A stretch of DNA of 64,000 nt from Vulcanimicrobiota bacterium (GTDB lineage: Bacteria; Vulcanimicrobiota; Xenobia; Xenobiales; JADMJV01): contig JBFWNU010000009.1 in the NCBI GenBank assembly GCA_050250895.1, positions 230,488-294,487 of the forward strand, given 5' to 3'. The notes under the pieces are model-generated. The model saw nothing but the letters and a program-made list of their open reading frames with translations, ran no database searches and was not told where the DNA came from. Position numbers and translations under genes: made by a program. This document shows positions 45,718-55,527 of the stretch, in pieces. Within the stretch, counting starts at the first letter, position 1; each line of letters begins with the position of its first letter.

Positions 45718-46752
45718 TTACCCTCCCTCGATCACCAAGCCAGAATTTTGCCCCAACTGATATTCTTTGAACCAGGTCAGGGTCTTGTCAATACCCTCTT
45801 CTATGGAAGTCCGGGGCCGAAATCCCACCAGGTCCTGCAGCGCGTCGATATCAGCATAGGTGGCAGGCACATCACCGGCCTGCAAAGGCAAGAGTCGACG
45901 TTCGGCCTTTTTGCCGAGAGCCTTTTCGATGAGTTCAATGAAGTAGCCGAGTTCAACCGGCTGATTGTTGCCGATGTTGAATATGCGGTAGGGCGCCGCA
46001 CTCGTGGCCGGGTTCGGATTAAGGGAATCCCAACCGGGGTCCGTTAACGGCGGCTTGCTTAAAAGACGCACGATGCCCTCTACGACATCATCCACGTAGG
46101 TGAAGTCCCGTCGCATTCTTCCATCGTTGAAGACATCAATAGGGCGGCCCTCGCTGATTGCCCGGGCAAAGATGAACATGGCCATGTCCGGGCGACCCCA
46201 TGGCCCATAGACCGTAAAAAAGCGTAGACCAGTAGAGGGAAGCCCATACATAGAAGCATAAGCATGCGCCATCATTTCGTTTGCTTTCTTGGTTGCCCCG
46301 TAGAGCGAGACAGGATGGTTAGTCGGTTGATGGGTCGCAAACGGCATCTGGGTGTTGGCCCCGTACACCGACGACGAAGAGGCGTAGACGAGGTGCTCGA
46401 CGGGACAATGACGGCACCCCTCGAGAATATTGAGAAACCCGGTCAGGTTGCTGTCGACGTAGGCGTGAGGGTTGACCAGTGAGTAGCGCACCCCGGCCTG
46501 GGCGGCCAGGTTTACCACAGTATCGAAGCGATGATACTCAAAAAGTTCGGCCACGCTCTGGCGGTTGGCGATATCGAGAAGCCTGAACTCCAGCCCCGCC
46601 TGCTGAACAAGTGCAAGGCGGTCACGTTTGAGTTGCACCGAGTAGTAATCATTCAAGCTATCCACACCCACCACCTGGTGGCCTTCGTGGAGTAATCGCA
46701 AGCATAAATGGAAACCGATGAACCCGGCACAACCGGTAACTAAGATCTTCAA
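45718..46752 (-). CDS. UDP-glucuronate 4-epimerase-type NAD-dependent epimerase
   Basis: TGCAGFIG, NLAAQAGVRYS, YGATKKANE, RFFTVYGPWGRPDMA; TTG start. Confidence 0.92.
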   Translation of the reverse strand: MKILVTGCAGFIGFHLCLRLLHEGHQVVGVDSLNDYYSVQLKRDRLALVQQAGLEFRLLDIANRQSVAELFEYHRFDTVVNLAAQAGVRYSLVNPHAYVDSNLTGFLNILEGCRHCPVEHLVYASSSSVYGANTQMPFATHQPTNHPVSLYGATKKANEMMAHAYASMYGLPSTGLRFFTVYGPWGRPDMAMFIFARAISEGRPIDVFNDGRMRRDFTYVDDVVEGIVRLLSKPPLTDPGWDSLNPNPATSAAPYRIFNIGNNQPVELGYFIELIEKALGKKAERRLLPLQAGDVPATYADIDALQDLVGFRPRTSIEEGIDKTLTWFKEYQLGQNSGLVIEGG

Positions 46753-46805
46753 AGCCCTTCTTCCTTTGCGCGCGGCTAGTTCTGGTTCTTTCTCCTGAGA
46801 CCTGC

Positions 46806-47564
46806 TCAGGACCGGAGTCCTGCGACGACCAGGGCCAGATTGTCTTGACCTCCAGGTTGACCCTCTATCCCGTTGAGTGCTGCTTGCCCGAGCACTCGGC
46901 AAAAAGTCTGGCAATTGCCCTGCGAGACTCGAAAAAACTCTTCAAAATGCTGCTTACGAATCGACGTCTGGGGGGAACGGTAGTGACACTCGTTGACCCC
47001 ATCTGTATAGGCCAACAGAAATTCGTCCCGTTGAAGCTCGAAGTCAAACTTTTGACACTCGGCCATCGGCACGGCGGCGTCAAGATGCAGGTAGACGTCG
47101 GTGGGACGATTCAAGACGCGATGCCCGCTGGAGCCGATGGCTGCCAGAGTGCTGTCCCCGAACGAGATACCAAACCCCCTGCCATTGAACCTATCGAGAC
47201 AAGCCACGGCCAAGGTGGTTCCGGAGCGACTCCGGGCCGGCGGATCGGTCAGTCCCATGGTGATAAAGGTGAGCTGCATTGCGTCTTTTGGAACACCAGC
47301 GCACCGCTCGACGAGGCGGCTGAGCAACTGGTGGCTGGCCTCGGCGCCGAAGTGAGCGTCGGCGACGGCCACCAAGCATGAATCCGCTTCGCAGATGATC
47401 GCGAGAGCGTCTTCGTTAGGAGCGCTCGAGTCGCCCTTGGACGTGAGTGAGGGAGAGCTTCTGTCGCTACCTACACTGATGGCGGCAAAGACCCCGTCGA
47501 TGGTCTCCAGGGCCAATTCGCCATATCCAGGGTGGTCGCGACCCAACATTACCAAGCGATGCAC
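46806..47564 (-). CDS. PP2C-like protein phosphatase
   Basis: NEDA, VAVADAH, SGTTL, GDS, YTDGV, QDNLALVV. Confidence 0.8.
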   Translation of the reverse strand: MHRLVMLGRDHPGYGELALETIDGVFAAISVGSDRSSPSLTSKGDSSAPNEDALAIICEADSCLVAVADAHFGAEASHQLLSRLVERCAGVPKDAMQLTFITMGLTDPPARSRSGTTLAVACLDRFNGRGFGISFGDSTLAAIGSSGHRVLNRPTDVYLHLDAAVPMAECQKFDFELQRDEFLLAYTDGVNECHYRSPQTSIRKQHFEEFFRVSQGNCQTFCRVLGQAALNGIEGQPGGQDNLALVVAGLRS

Positions 47565-47690
47565 GCCTACCCATTCCAGGAGACGACGGTGGAACCTTCA
47601 AAGAAGGCCGGAAGGAAGCCCAGCGCCAACCTAGAAGCGACGCGCACCGAGCCGCGTGGTTCTCGCGGTTCGGCTTGGAGGTGAAAAGGA

Positions 47691-49115
47691 ATGGATGTCT
47701 GGAGAGGCCTTCAGGCTGTCCGGCAACGAAAATGGTTGTTCGCGCTCCTGGCCATTGTCACTCTCGCAGCCACGATTCTGGTGCCGCGGGCAGGCCTTGA
47801 AATTGAGTATGCTTCGACAGCCAAACTACTTCTGACGCCTCCGAGTGCAGCCCAAACCGGTGGCCGTGCAGGTGGCGCAGCGCAACCGCTCTGGTTTGCC
47901 GAGGCAGCCACCCTCAACGAACTCATTACCAGCGAGAGGCTTTTGGGTCGCGTGGTCGAGTCTTTGAAACTACCGTATGAGTGGACAGGACTCAAGGATT
48001 CGGTGAGCCTCGATACCCTGGGTGGATCGCGGAATCCCTTCTACCGCGGTGGGACTGTCACTATCTTTTCGGTAACCGTCCGAGCCGCGGATCCAGAATC
48101 GGCCCAAAAAATCGCCTCGGCTTTGGTCGATGAGTTCGTCCGTTACGTGGCGGAACTGTCTGCCGAGGAGTATGCCAACACGAGACGATTTCTCGAAGAA
48201 TTGGTGGCCGAAACCCGCGAAAACGTAGAAGCCACCGAGGACAAGTTGTTAGCCATTACCGCCGCCAAAGAGGGTGCCCAGGACGAATCTGCGCGAGAGG
48301 CTCGGCGCGAACTTGAGGCCGAGCGCATGAAACTCAAGGAAGAGGTCTCTGTTCTTCAGACGGAACTGTCGGTAATCCAAGATTTTCTCAGTGGCACGAT
48401 TACTAGCCCGCCCTGGTCAGTCATCAGCCAGGACAACGCGATGCTAAAGAACCTCGAGGGAGCGGTCTCAGAGAACCGCCTCAAGCTCTTGGAACTTGAA
48501 GAGGTCTATACGCCGCAGAGCAAGCAAGTCGTCGAGCAACGTCAGAAGTTGCAGAAGGTAGAAGAACTCTACCGCGATCACCTCGATTCGACGGTCTCGT
48601 CACTTGCCAGCCAGAAGAGCACGGCGCTTCAAGAGAAACAGGCCGCCCTGAGCCGGATCACCTCGCAACTTATAGCCCTGTCGAAACAGCAACTCACCTT
48701 GGAGGAGAAACGAGAAGTCGCGAAACTCGAGCGCGAACTGTCAATGTGGGAAGAGAGCCATCTATCGCTGGTTCAACAACTCTACCAGGCTCGCGTCGTG
48801 GAACAAAGCAGCCGTCGCCAGGGCGCGATCTCGGTAATGGAAAAACCCTCCCCTGGGGTGCCGGCCAAAGACAAGAAGGGCCCGAGCCTGCTCATGTCAC
48901 TGGCCGTGGGACTGCCGTTCAGTGTCGTATTCAGCCTTGGCGTGGTGCTCTTGCTAGAGTTCCTCAACTCTAGCCTGAGGGTGTTGCCGCGAATTGAAGA
49001 ATCATTGCAACTACCGGTGCTTGCCATCATTCCGACGGTACCGGAAGAACTTGCCGCGGAATGGGAGGAGATCAAACTTGGGCGCCTTAAAATCGACGAC
49101 CAGGAACCGTCATAA
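47691..49115 (+). CDS. Wzz/GumC-type polysaccharide co-polymerase (no kinase domain)
   Basis: N- and C-terminal TM helices flank a long coiled coil; ends IEESLQLPVLAIIP. Confidence 0.85.
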   Translation: MDVWRGLQAVRQRKWLFALLAIVTLAATILVPRAGLEIEYASTAKLLLTPPSAAQTGGRAGGAAQPLWFAEAATLNELITSERLLGRVVESLKLPYEWTGLKDSVSLDTLGGSRNPFYRGGTVTIFSVTVRAADPESAQKIASALVDEFVRYVAELSAEEYANTRRFLEELVAETRENVEATEDKLLAITAAKEGAQDESAREARRELEAERMKLKEEVSVLQTELSVIQDFLSGTITSPPWSVISQDNAMLKNLEGAVSENRLKLLELEEVYTPQSKQVVEQRQKLQKVEELYRDHLDSTVSSLASQKSTALQEKQAALSRITSQLIALSKQQLTLEEKREVAKLERELSMWEESHLSLVQQLYQARVVEQSSRRQGAISVMEKPSPGVPAKDKKGPSLLMSLAVGLPFSVVFSLGVVLLLEFLNSSLRVLPRIEESLQLPVLAIIPTVPEELAAEWEEIKLGRLKIDDQEPS

Positions 49116-49282
49116 TTCCCGTTTGTGGAACCGAGGACAGGCTGGTGAACGAGTTGCTTCAAGGGTGTAGACCTCTCTACAAGTCCAACCGTTGTCCATA
49201 CGCTTCCTTCCACCGATCGACATCATTAGGGGCGGAACGTCGCGCGAAAGACAGATGCCGAATCTCGGAGGGCTAAAACGGA

Positions 49283-50500
49283 GTGGCTGACCTCTTTGGC
49301 TGGCTATTACTGGTCCTGAGCTTCCCCCTGGTATGGTTATCTTCCCACACGAGGGAGAATAGCCGTTGGCTATTCTTGAGTTGGGCGACCCTCGGTGCCC
49401 ACCACCTGGTCGCGCTAACGAATTGCTTCGTATTCGACGTGCCAGGGCAAGCCGGGGATGCTCGCAGATTTCATTACTTTGCCGTTCACTGGGAAGTCCC
49501 TAGTTCCATGCATACCATGTCCTACACGAAGTTTCTAGGGACAGTGTATCAAACGCTCGGCGAGTCGCTCCTCCTCGGGCATGAACTCTCCATTCTCGCA
49601 TATTGCTGCTCGTTGGTCGTATTTATAGACCTCGTGGTCATGCTAGAGCACCAACGAAGGATGGAATGCCTTATTCTCTGTTTCGGCTTGTTGCCAGGTG
49701 CTCTTTTTTACAGTTCATTGATCTTGCGCGAGGGTTTCCAATCGCTCTTCTTTCTTCTCGCCCTTCAGCAAATTGTTCGGCTCCGCCTGGGGAGAGCACC
49801 CGTTCTTCACGCCGTAGTGTTAGTCGGCTCATTGGCAGTATTGTCCGGTTTGCACCCGGCCCTTCCAGCGATCAGTGCGCTCCTGCTGGCGTTCGGTCTT
49901 CCCTGGGCTTTCGGCTCGCGCAAGGAGCTTCTCCTGATCTTGACCATCGGCTTGCTGGGTATCACCCCTCTCATCGCCCCGCCCCTCCTCCAGGCGGGAA
50001 TGGAGCAGGACAACCAGGTCACGCGCCTATTGAACGGGGGAACCGATGTCATTGAAACCTATCGAGAACTAGGAAACGACGGAAGAACGAACTACTCCGT
50101 CTCTCTTGACCTATCGTCTCCGGGAGCGATTTTCCTCAGCATACCAGCAGTGGTCTTGGCTTACATGTTCATGCCCATGCCGTGGAATATCAGCTCTCCA
50201 CTCGACGTTTACGCTTTCCTCGAGGGTGTTCTGCGAGGCCTGTTGTTGTTCGGAGCGTTTACAGAGCTAAGGGGTGCACATGAACGTAGGGATGCCCGGC
50301 TCTTTGTATTTCTAGCAGGGCTCGCCCTCGAGTGTCTCTGGGCCTTCGGCACGTTCAATTGGGGTCAAGCCCTGCGCCACCACGTGGTGGCCCTGGGGCC
50401 GTTGCTGCTGGGGGGGCTTCCCCCGGTTCTACCACAAGGCAGCTCAGAAGCGCCAGCGCTAACTCAAAGACGGGCCCGGCGACTCGCTCAGAGTGGATAG
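49283..50500 (+). CDS. Polytopic membrane protein, putative polysaccharide polymerase / GT-C (paralog B)
   Basis: Colinear with 44463-45698: DARRFH, ILREGFQ, FNWGQALRHH. Confidence 0.6.
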   Translation: MADLFGWLLLVLSFPLVWLSSHTRENSRWLFLSWATLGAHHLVALTNCFVFDVPGQAGDARRFHYFAVHWEVPSSMHTMSYTKFLGTVYQTLGESLLLGHELSILAYCCSLVVFIDLVVMLEHQRRMECLILCFGLLPGALFYSSLILREGFQSLFFLLALQQIVRLRLGRAPVLHAVVLVGSLAVLSGLHPALPAISALLLAFGLPWAFGSRKELLLILTIGLLGITPLIAPPLLQAGMEQDNQVTRLLNGGTDVIETYRELGNDGRTNYSVSLDLSSPGAIFLSIPAVVLAYMFMPMPWNISSPLDVYAFLEGVLRGLLLFGAFTELRGAHERRDARLFVFLAGLALECLWAFGTFNWGQALRHHVVALGPLLLGGLPPVLPQGSSEAPALTQRRARRLAQSG

Positions 50501-50646
50501 GAAACACCGGCTTGGCTTTCATTATTCCGGTTGACAGCCGCGATTTTTTCTTGCAGCGAGGCAACCCTGTCAGTAAGCCTAATTTAGACCGGCACGAATT
50601 GCCGAAGGCTGAAGGTGTCTTTCCCTTCTCGATAAAAGAGGCCCGC

Positions 50647-51759
50647 ATGAACGTGGTTAGCGAAATTGTTCAGCGCGACCTTGGCGAAATCTCGCAAAAC
50701 GCTGAACGTGAATTAGAAACACTGGCCGGCAAGAAGGTTCTCTTGACCGGCGGAGCCGGGTTCCTCGGCTACTACCTCGTTAAGGCGATTCTGCACTTCA
50801 ATCAGAAGGTCCCAAGACAGGACGCAATCCAACTCCATGTCTGGGACAACTTCATACGAGGGATTCCTAGCTGGCTTAATAGCCACAAGGAAGATGCGAA
50901 CCTCACTCTGGTGGAGAGGAACATCATCGAGCCGCTTTCGTCACACGTGGCCGATTTTTCTTTCATCATCCATGCCGCTTCCATCGCATCTCCAACATAC
51001 TACCGCAAATTCCCTATCGAGACGATGGACGCCAACGTGACGGGGCTTCGAAATCTGCTGGACTTCTGTTTGGCCCGTAAATCCCACAAAACACCTGTCG
51101 AAGGCCTGCTCTTCTTCTCCAGCAGCGAGATCTACGGAGATCCGGAGCCAGAGCACATCCCAACCCCAGAGCACTATTGGGGCCGGGTAAGCTGCACCGG
51201 CCCGAGAGCCTGCTATGATGAGTCAAAGCGTTTTGGTGAAACCCTGTGTGTGAACTTCGCTCATCAGCACGGGTTGCCGATAAAGATAGCTCGACCTTTT
51301 AACAACTACGGCCCCGGATTGAAAATCACCGACCGTCGAGTGCTTCCAGACTTTGCTCGAAACATCGTCCAGAACGAGGATATCGTCATCCTGTCAGATG
51401 GCTCGCCTACCCGCACTTTCTGCTATGTTTCGGATGCGATAGTCGGCTACCTGAAGGTCCTCGTCCGTGGTGGTGACGGCGAGGCATATAACATCGGGAC
51501 GGAGCGACCCGAAGTCTCAATCGCGGATCTAGCTCACAAACTCGTGGCCCTAGGTAGAGAGCTTTGTTCATATACGGGGACAGTGAGGTTCGGGACGAGC
51601 GACGACCGTCAATATTTAATCGACAACCCAAATCGTCGTTGTCCCGTCATTGCCAAGGCGCGAGAGCAACTGGGCTATTCGCCCCAAGTCGACATCGATG
51701 ATGGGTTGCGAAGAACACTTCTATGGTATCTCGAAAACCTGGAGGCAACAGAAGCTTAA
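50647..51759 (+). CDS. NAD-dependent epimerase/dehydratase (UDP-glucuronate decarboxylase-like)
   Basis: TGGAGFLG, HAASIASP, SSSEIYG, GPRACYDESKR, TRTFCYVSD. Confidence 0.88.
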   Translation: MNVVSEIVQRDLGEISQNAERELETLAGKKVLLTGGAGFLGYYLVKAILHFNQKVPRQDAIQLHVWDNFIRGIPSWLNSHKEDANLTLVERNIIEPLSSHVADFSFIIHAASIASPTYYRKFPIETMDANVTGLRNLLDFCLARKSHKTPVEGLLFFSSSEIYGDPEPEHIPTPEHYWGRVSCTGPRACYDESKRFGETLCVNFAHQHGLPIKIARPFNNYGPGLKITDRRVLPDFARNIVQNEDIVILSDGSPTRTFCYVSDAIVGYLKVLVRGGDGEAYNIGTERPEVSIADLAHKLVALGRELCSYTGTVRFGTSDDRQYLIDNPNRRCPVIAKAREQLGYSPQVDIDDGLRRTLLWYLENLEATEA

Positions 51760-53093
51760 TGAACATCTCAATCATTGGAACTGGTTACGTAGGACTCGTA
51801 TCCGGCGTTTGCCTGGCCTCTAGAGGTCACCAGGTTGCCTGCGTGGACATCGACGACAGTAAGATCCAACGGATAAACAACGGTGATCCGCCGATTCATG
51901 AAGACGGCCTCGAAGAGCTGTTGAGACAAACGTTGGGCAACAACAACCTCAAGGCAACCACTCAGCTCGATAAAGCGGTCCACGAGAGCGATGTCTCGAT
52001 CATAGCCGTAGGCACTCCGTTTGACGGCCAGGCTATCGACCTGTCCGTTATTCGGCAGGTTAGTCGCAACCTCGGCAGAGCTCTCGCCAGCAAGACGGGC
52101 TATCATGTGGTGGCCGTCAAGAGCACGGTGGTTCCAGGGACGACCGAGGAAGTTGTTCTGCCCATTCTCGAAGAGGCATCCGGAAAACTTGCCGGACGTG
52201 ATTTTGGCGTAGGAATGAATCCTGAGTTCTTGCGAGAAGGCGTTGCTGTTAAAGATTTTCTTGACCCCGATCGCGTCGTAATAGGCGGCATCGACGCAAG
52301 AACTCAGACCGTCCTCGCCGAACTGTACTCGGTCTTTCCGGGGGTCGATATTGTCAAGACCACCACAAGAACCGCTGAGATGATCAAGTACGCCACTAAC
52401 AGCCTGCTGGCCACCCTAATTTCGTTCAGCAATGAACTGGCGAACCTTTCCAGCAGCGTAGGGGGGATCGACATCGCTGACGTCATGAAAGGGTTACATC
52501 TCGACCGACGGTTGAACCCAATTAGTAGTGACCGTTCGCGGACATCCCCCGGCATCTTATCCTATCTCAAGCCCGGCTGTGGTTTCGGTGGCAGCTGCTT
52601 TCCCAAGGATGTCAAAGCGCTCATAGCCCATGGTCAAAGGGTAGGCCAACCGATGTCCATTCTCCAATCCGTGATCGACACTAACGAAAAGCAGCCATTG
52701 AAAATGCTCGATCTCCTGAAGAAACACCACCGTGACCTCAGGGACCTTAACGTGGCGGTCCTGGGACTGGCCTTCAAGCCCGGCACAGATGACATCAGGG
52801 AGTCCCCCGCGATCCCGATTCTGCGGGAGCTTCTCGGGGGGGGCGCGAAGGTCAAAGCCTTCGACCCGGTGGCCGCCCCCGCTATGGAAGAACTATTTTC
52901 CGGAGAGTCCATGTCCTATCACAGTCAGCTTGACGAGACGATTGATGGGGTCCAAGCTGTGCTTGTCGTCACGAGTTGGCCAGAGTTCTCCGATTTGCCT
53001 CTCAGGCTGTCGGCTGACACCCTACTCATTGACGGCAGGGGGATTTTCGAGAAGGCCTCTGTTCGCAGATACGAAGGAATCGGTATCGCGTGA
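51759..53093 (+). CDS. UDP-glucose/GDP-mannose dehydrogenase family protein
   Basis: IGTGYVG, KSTVVPGT, NPEFLREG, GFGGSCFPKD, GLAFKPGTDDIRESP. Confidence 0.93.
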   Translation: MNISIIGTGYVGLVSGVCLASRGHQVACVDIDDSKIQRINNGDPPIHEDGLEELLRQTLGNNNLKATTQLDKAVHESDVSIIAVGTPFDGQAIDLSVIRQVSRNLGRALASKTGYHVVAVKSTVVPGTTEEVVLPILEEASGKLAGRDFGVGMNPEFLREGVAVKDFLDPDRVVIGGIDARTQTVLAELYSVFPGVDIVKTTTRTAEMIKYATNSLLATLISFSNELANLSSSVGGIDIADVMKGLHLDRRLNPISSDRSRTSPGILSYLKPGCGFGGSCFPKDVKALIAHGQRVGQPMSILQSVIDTNEKQPLKMLDLLKKHHRDLRDLNVAVLGLAFKPGTDDIRESPAIPILRELLGGGAKVKAFDPVAAPAMEELFSGESMSYHSQLDETIDGVQAVLVVTSWPEFSDLPLRLSADTLLIDGRGIFEKASVRRYEGIGIA

Positions 53094-53312
53094 CCGGTCT
53101 GGTAGTATACTCAGCGGACCTTTTGGCCTCGAGTAGAGGTTTATATTTTTAGAGAGATGTGCATGAGGGACATCAAGACATTGAAGAAGCGCTTCACCTG
53201 AAACCGTCAGCCGCTCAACGCCAGATGCTCTTTTGAGTACGGAAGTGGGCGTTGCCATTTTCGCAGGTTTCACCCTAAGGTGCATCATAGCGCCTCTAAG
53301 GAAAGGCTACGA

Positions 53313-54257
53313 ATGAGTAGGGACAAAATACTTGTAACCGGAGCATCTGGTCTTATCGGAAGTGCGCTAGTCAAACTTCTTGTGGAGCAAAAACGAGACG
53401 TACTTCCTACCGCGCGGCGAAGCATTGGTTTGCTAACGCAAGAATTTGGCGTCGCCTGTTCCGAACTGGATGTCATGCGGGACCTGCCAGACCTTAAGGG
53501 CATCGAAACGATCGTCCACTGCGCCACTCCGAACAACATCCAATCTCAGGAAGAGGATGGTGGCCTACCGCTTGCCGTCATGGGGACACATAGATTGCTC
53601 AAAAAGGCCGCCATGGAGGGCGTCAAGCGTGTGGTGTATCTTTCGACGATTCAAGTCTATGGCACCGAGTTGCGCGGAGACATTGATGAAACGACTCCCG
53701 TTAACTGCGAGACGGTTTACGGACTCAATCACTTCCTAGGGGAGGAAGTATGTCGCCACATTGCGCAGACATCCGGGCTCGACATCGTCGCGCTACGACC
53801 GTCAAACGTGTACGGCGTGCCGAGCGTCTCGACGGTTGACCGAAGCACGCTTGTACCGACATGTTTCGTCAATGAAGCCTTCGTCACCGGGAAAATACGG
53901 CTGCACTCGTCAGGACGACAAATGCGCAATTTTATCTCAACGGACGAACTCGCCCTAGCAATTGCCCAGTTGATAGATAATTTTCCGCGAGGCTATACCG
54001 TGGTCAATGCCGCTTCTCTCTGGGGTGCACGCATCTGCGATATCGCCGAGATGGTCGGCCATACCTGGCAGGTTCTGAGGGAAAGTCCGTTAGAAATTCA
54101 GGTGCTATCAGACAAGCCGGAGGACCCGGGAGAATTTACCTTTACATCTCGTCATCTTTCGCCAACGCTCTCGAAAGAGGCTTCTCGGCGACGCATGACG
54201 GAGGTGATTACCTGTTTAATAGAAACCAAATCAGGCATCAAGGTGAGATCAGCATGA
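53313..54257 (+). CDS. Atypical NAD(P)-dependent epimerase/reductase (YxxxH)
   Basis: TGASGLIG, LSTIQVYG, YGLNH, LRPSNVYG. Confidence 0.8.
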   Translation: MSRDKILVTGASGLIGSALVKLLVEQKRDVLPTARRSIGLLTQEFGVACSELDVMRDLPDLKGIETIVHCATPNNIQSQEEDGGLPLAVMGTHRLLKKAAMEGVKRVVYLSTIQVYGTELRGDIDETTPVNCETVYGLNHFLGEEVCRHIAQTSGLDIVALRPSNVYGVPSVSTVDRSTLVPTCFVNEAFVTGKIRLHSSGRQMRNFISTDELALAIAQLIDNFPRGYTVVNAASLWGARICDIAEMVGHTWQVLRESPLEIQVLSDKPEDPGEFTFTSRHLSPTLSKEASRRRMTEVITCLIETKSGIKVRSA

Positions 54258-54997
54258 CAATGAATCCTATCAAGCAATTCTTTAGTGAGCGCCAGGCCGA
54301 CATTGTGGAAATGGGCAAGGACGCGGAACTTCGGCGAAAATCCATAGATTGGATGCATCACGCTGACCGTTACAAGTATACATATAACTACACCTGGATG
54401 GGGCGTCCAATCATCAAGTTTCCTAATGACATGCTGATCCAGCAGGAGTTGATGTGGAAGCTCAAGCCTGACCTGGTGATTGAAACTGGAATTGCCCATG
54501 GCGGCTCTATTATCTTCACGGCTTCCATGATGGAGATGATGGGCATCGACGGTGAGGTCGTCGGCGTCGATATTGATATCCGCCAGCATAACCGTGACGC
54601 GATTGAAGCACACCCCATGATGAAAAGGATTACCATGTATGAAGGCGATTCTGTCGCACCAGACATGGTGGAGAAGGTGCGTCGCCATACGGAAAACAAG
54701 AAATGCATCATGGTGATTCTCGATTCATTGCACTCGCATCGGCATGTTCACAAAGAATTGCATGCCTATGCAGAGATGACCTCGGTGGGTAGCTACTGCA
54801 TACTGCCTGACACCTTCATCGAATTTTTCCCTAAGGGCTATTATGCGGATAGCAGACCGTGGGATGTCGGGGATAATCCTTACACTGCTATGCAGCAATA
54901 CCTCTCAGAGGTGGATTTCTTCGAAATCGACAAGAATCTGACCCATAAGGCGATGATTACCGAGACTATCGATGGTTACCTGAAACGAGTCCGCTGA
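54254..54997 (+). CDS. CmcI (cephalosporin hydroxylase) / rhamnosyl O-methyltransferase family protein
   Basis: YNYTWMGRPII, KPDLVIETGIAHGGS, VILDSLH, RPWDVGDNP. Confidence 0.9.
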   Translation: MTMNPIKQFFSERQADIVEMGKDAELRRKSIDWMHHADRYKYTYNYTWMGRPIIKFPNDMLIQQELMWKLKPDLVIETGIAHGGSIIFTASMMEMMGIDGEVVGVDIDIRQHNRDAIEAHPMMKRITMYEGDSVAPDMVEKVRRHTENKKCIMVILDSLHSHRHVHKELHAYAEMTSVGSYCILPDTFIEFFPKGYYADSRPWDVGDNPYTAMQQYLSEVDFFEIDKNLTHKAMITETIDGYLKRVR

Positions 54998-54999
54998 CG

Positions 55000-55527
55000 A
55001 TGACGCTCAAGATAGCTGATACTGCGCAGATTTCCAGTCTTGCTCACATTGAAGCCTCACAAAGAGGTACGCTGATCGAAATTGAAGATCACGTTTATAT
55101 CGATTCTTTCGTTCGCATCCGGCCCGTCGGTGGGGATGGCCCTGTACGCATAGGCAAGAACAGCTTTATTAACGCCGGAACAGTAATTTTTTCTGGCAAC
55201 GGTGTTCAGATTGGGGAATGGGTACTGATCGCGCCGAATTGCACCCTCGCTCCAACCAACCACGCATTCAAGTCGCGCAGTCAAACGATCCGCCATCAAG
55301 GTTTTTTGCCCAGCAAAGGCGGCATAGTCATAGAGCGAGACGTCTGGGTGGGAGCGGGCTGCATCCTTCTTGACGGTACGATCTTGCGCGAAGGCTGCAT
55401 CATTGGAGCAGGGTCAGTGGTGCGTGGCGAGGTCGAGGCATTCTCGATTCAGGCGGGCAATCCGTTACGGAAGATCGGCATGCGGGGGGAAGAACCGTTT
55501 GATGGAAGTGATGAAGACAGAAAATAG
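55000..55527 (+). CDS. Hexapeptide-repeat O-acyltransferase
   Basis: IGKNSFI, IERDVWVG, IGAGSVV, AGNP. Confidence 0.88.
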   Translation: MTLKIADTAQISSLAHIEASQRGTLIEIEDHVYIDSFVRIRPVGGDGPVRIGKNSFINAGTVIFSGNGVQIGEWVLIAPNCTLAPTNHAFKSRSQTIRHQGFLPSKGGIVIERDVWVGAGCILLDGTILREGCIIGAGSVVRGEVEAFSIQAGNPLRKIGMRGEEPFDGSDEDRK

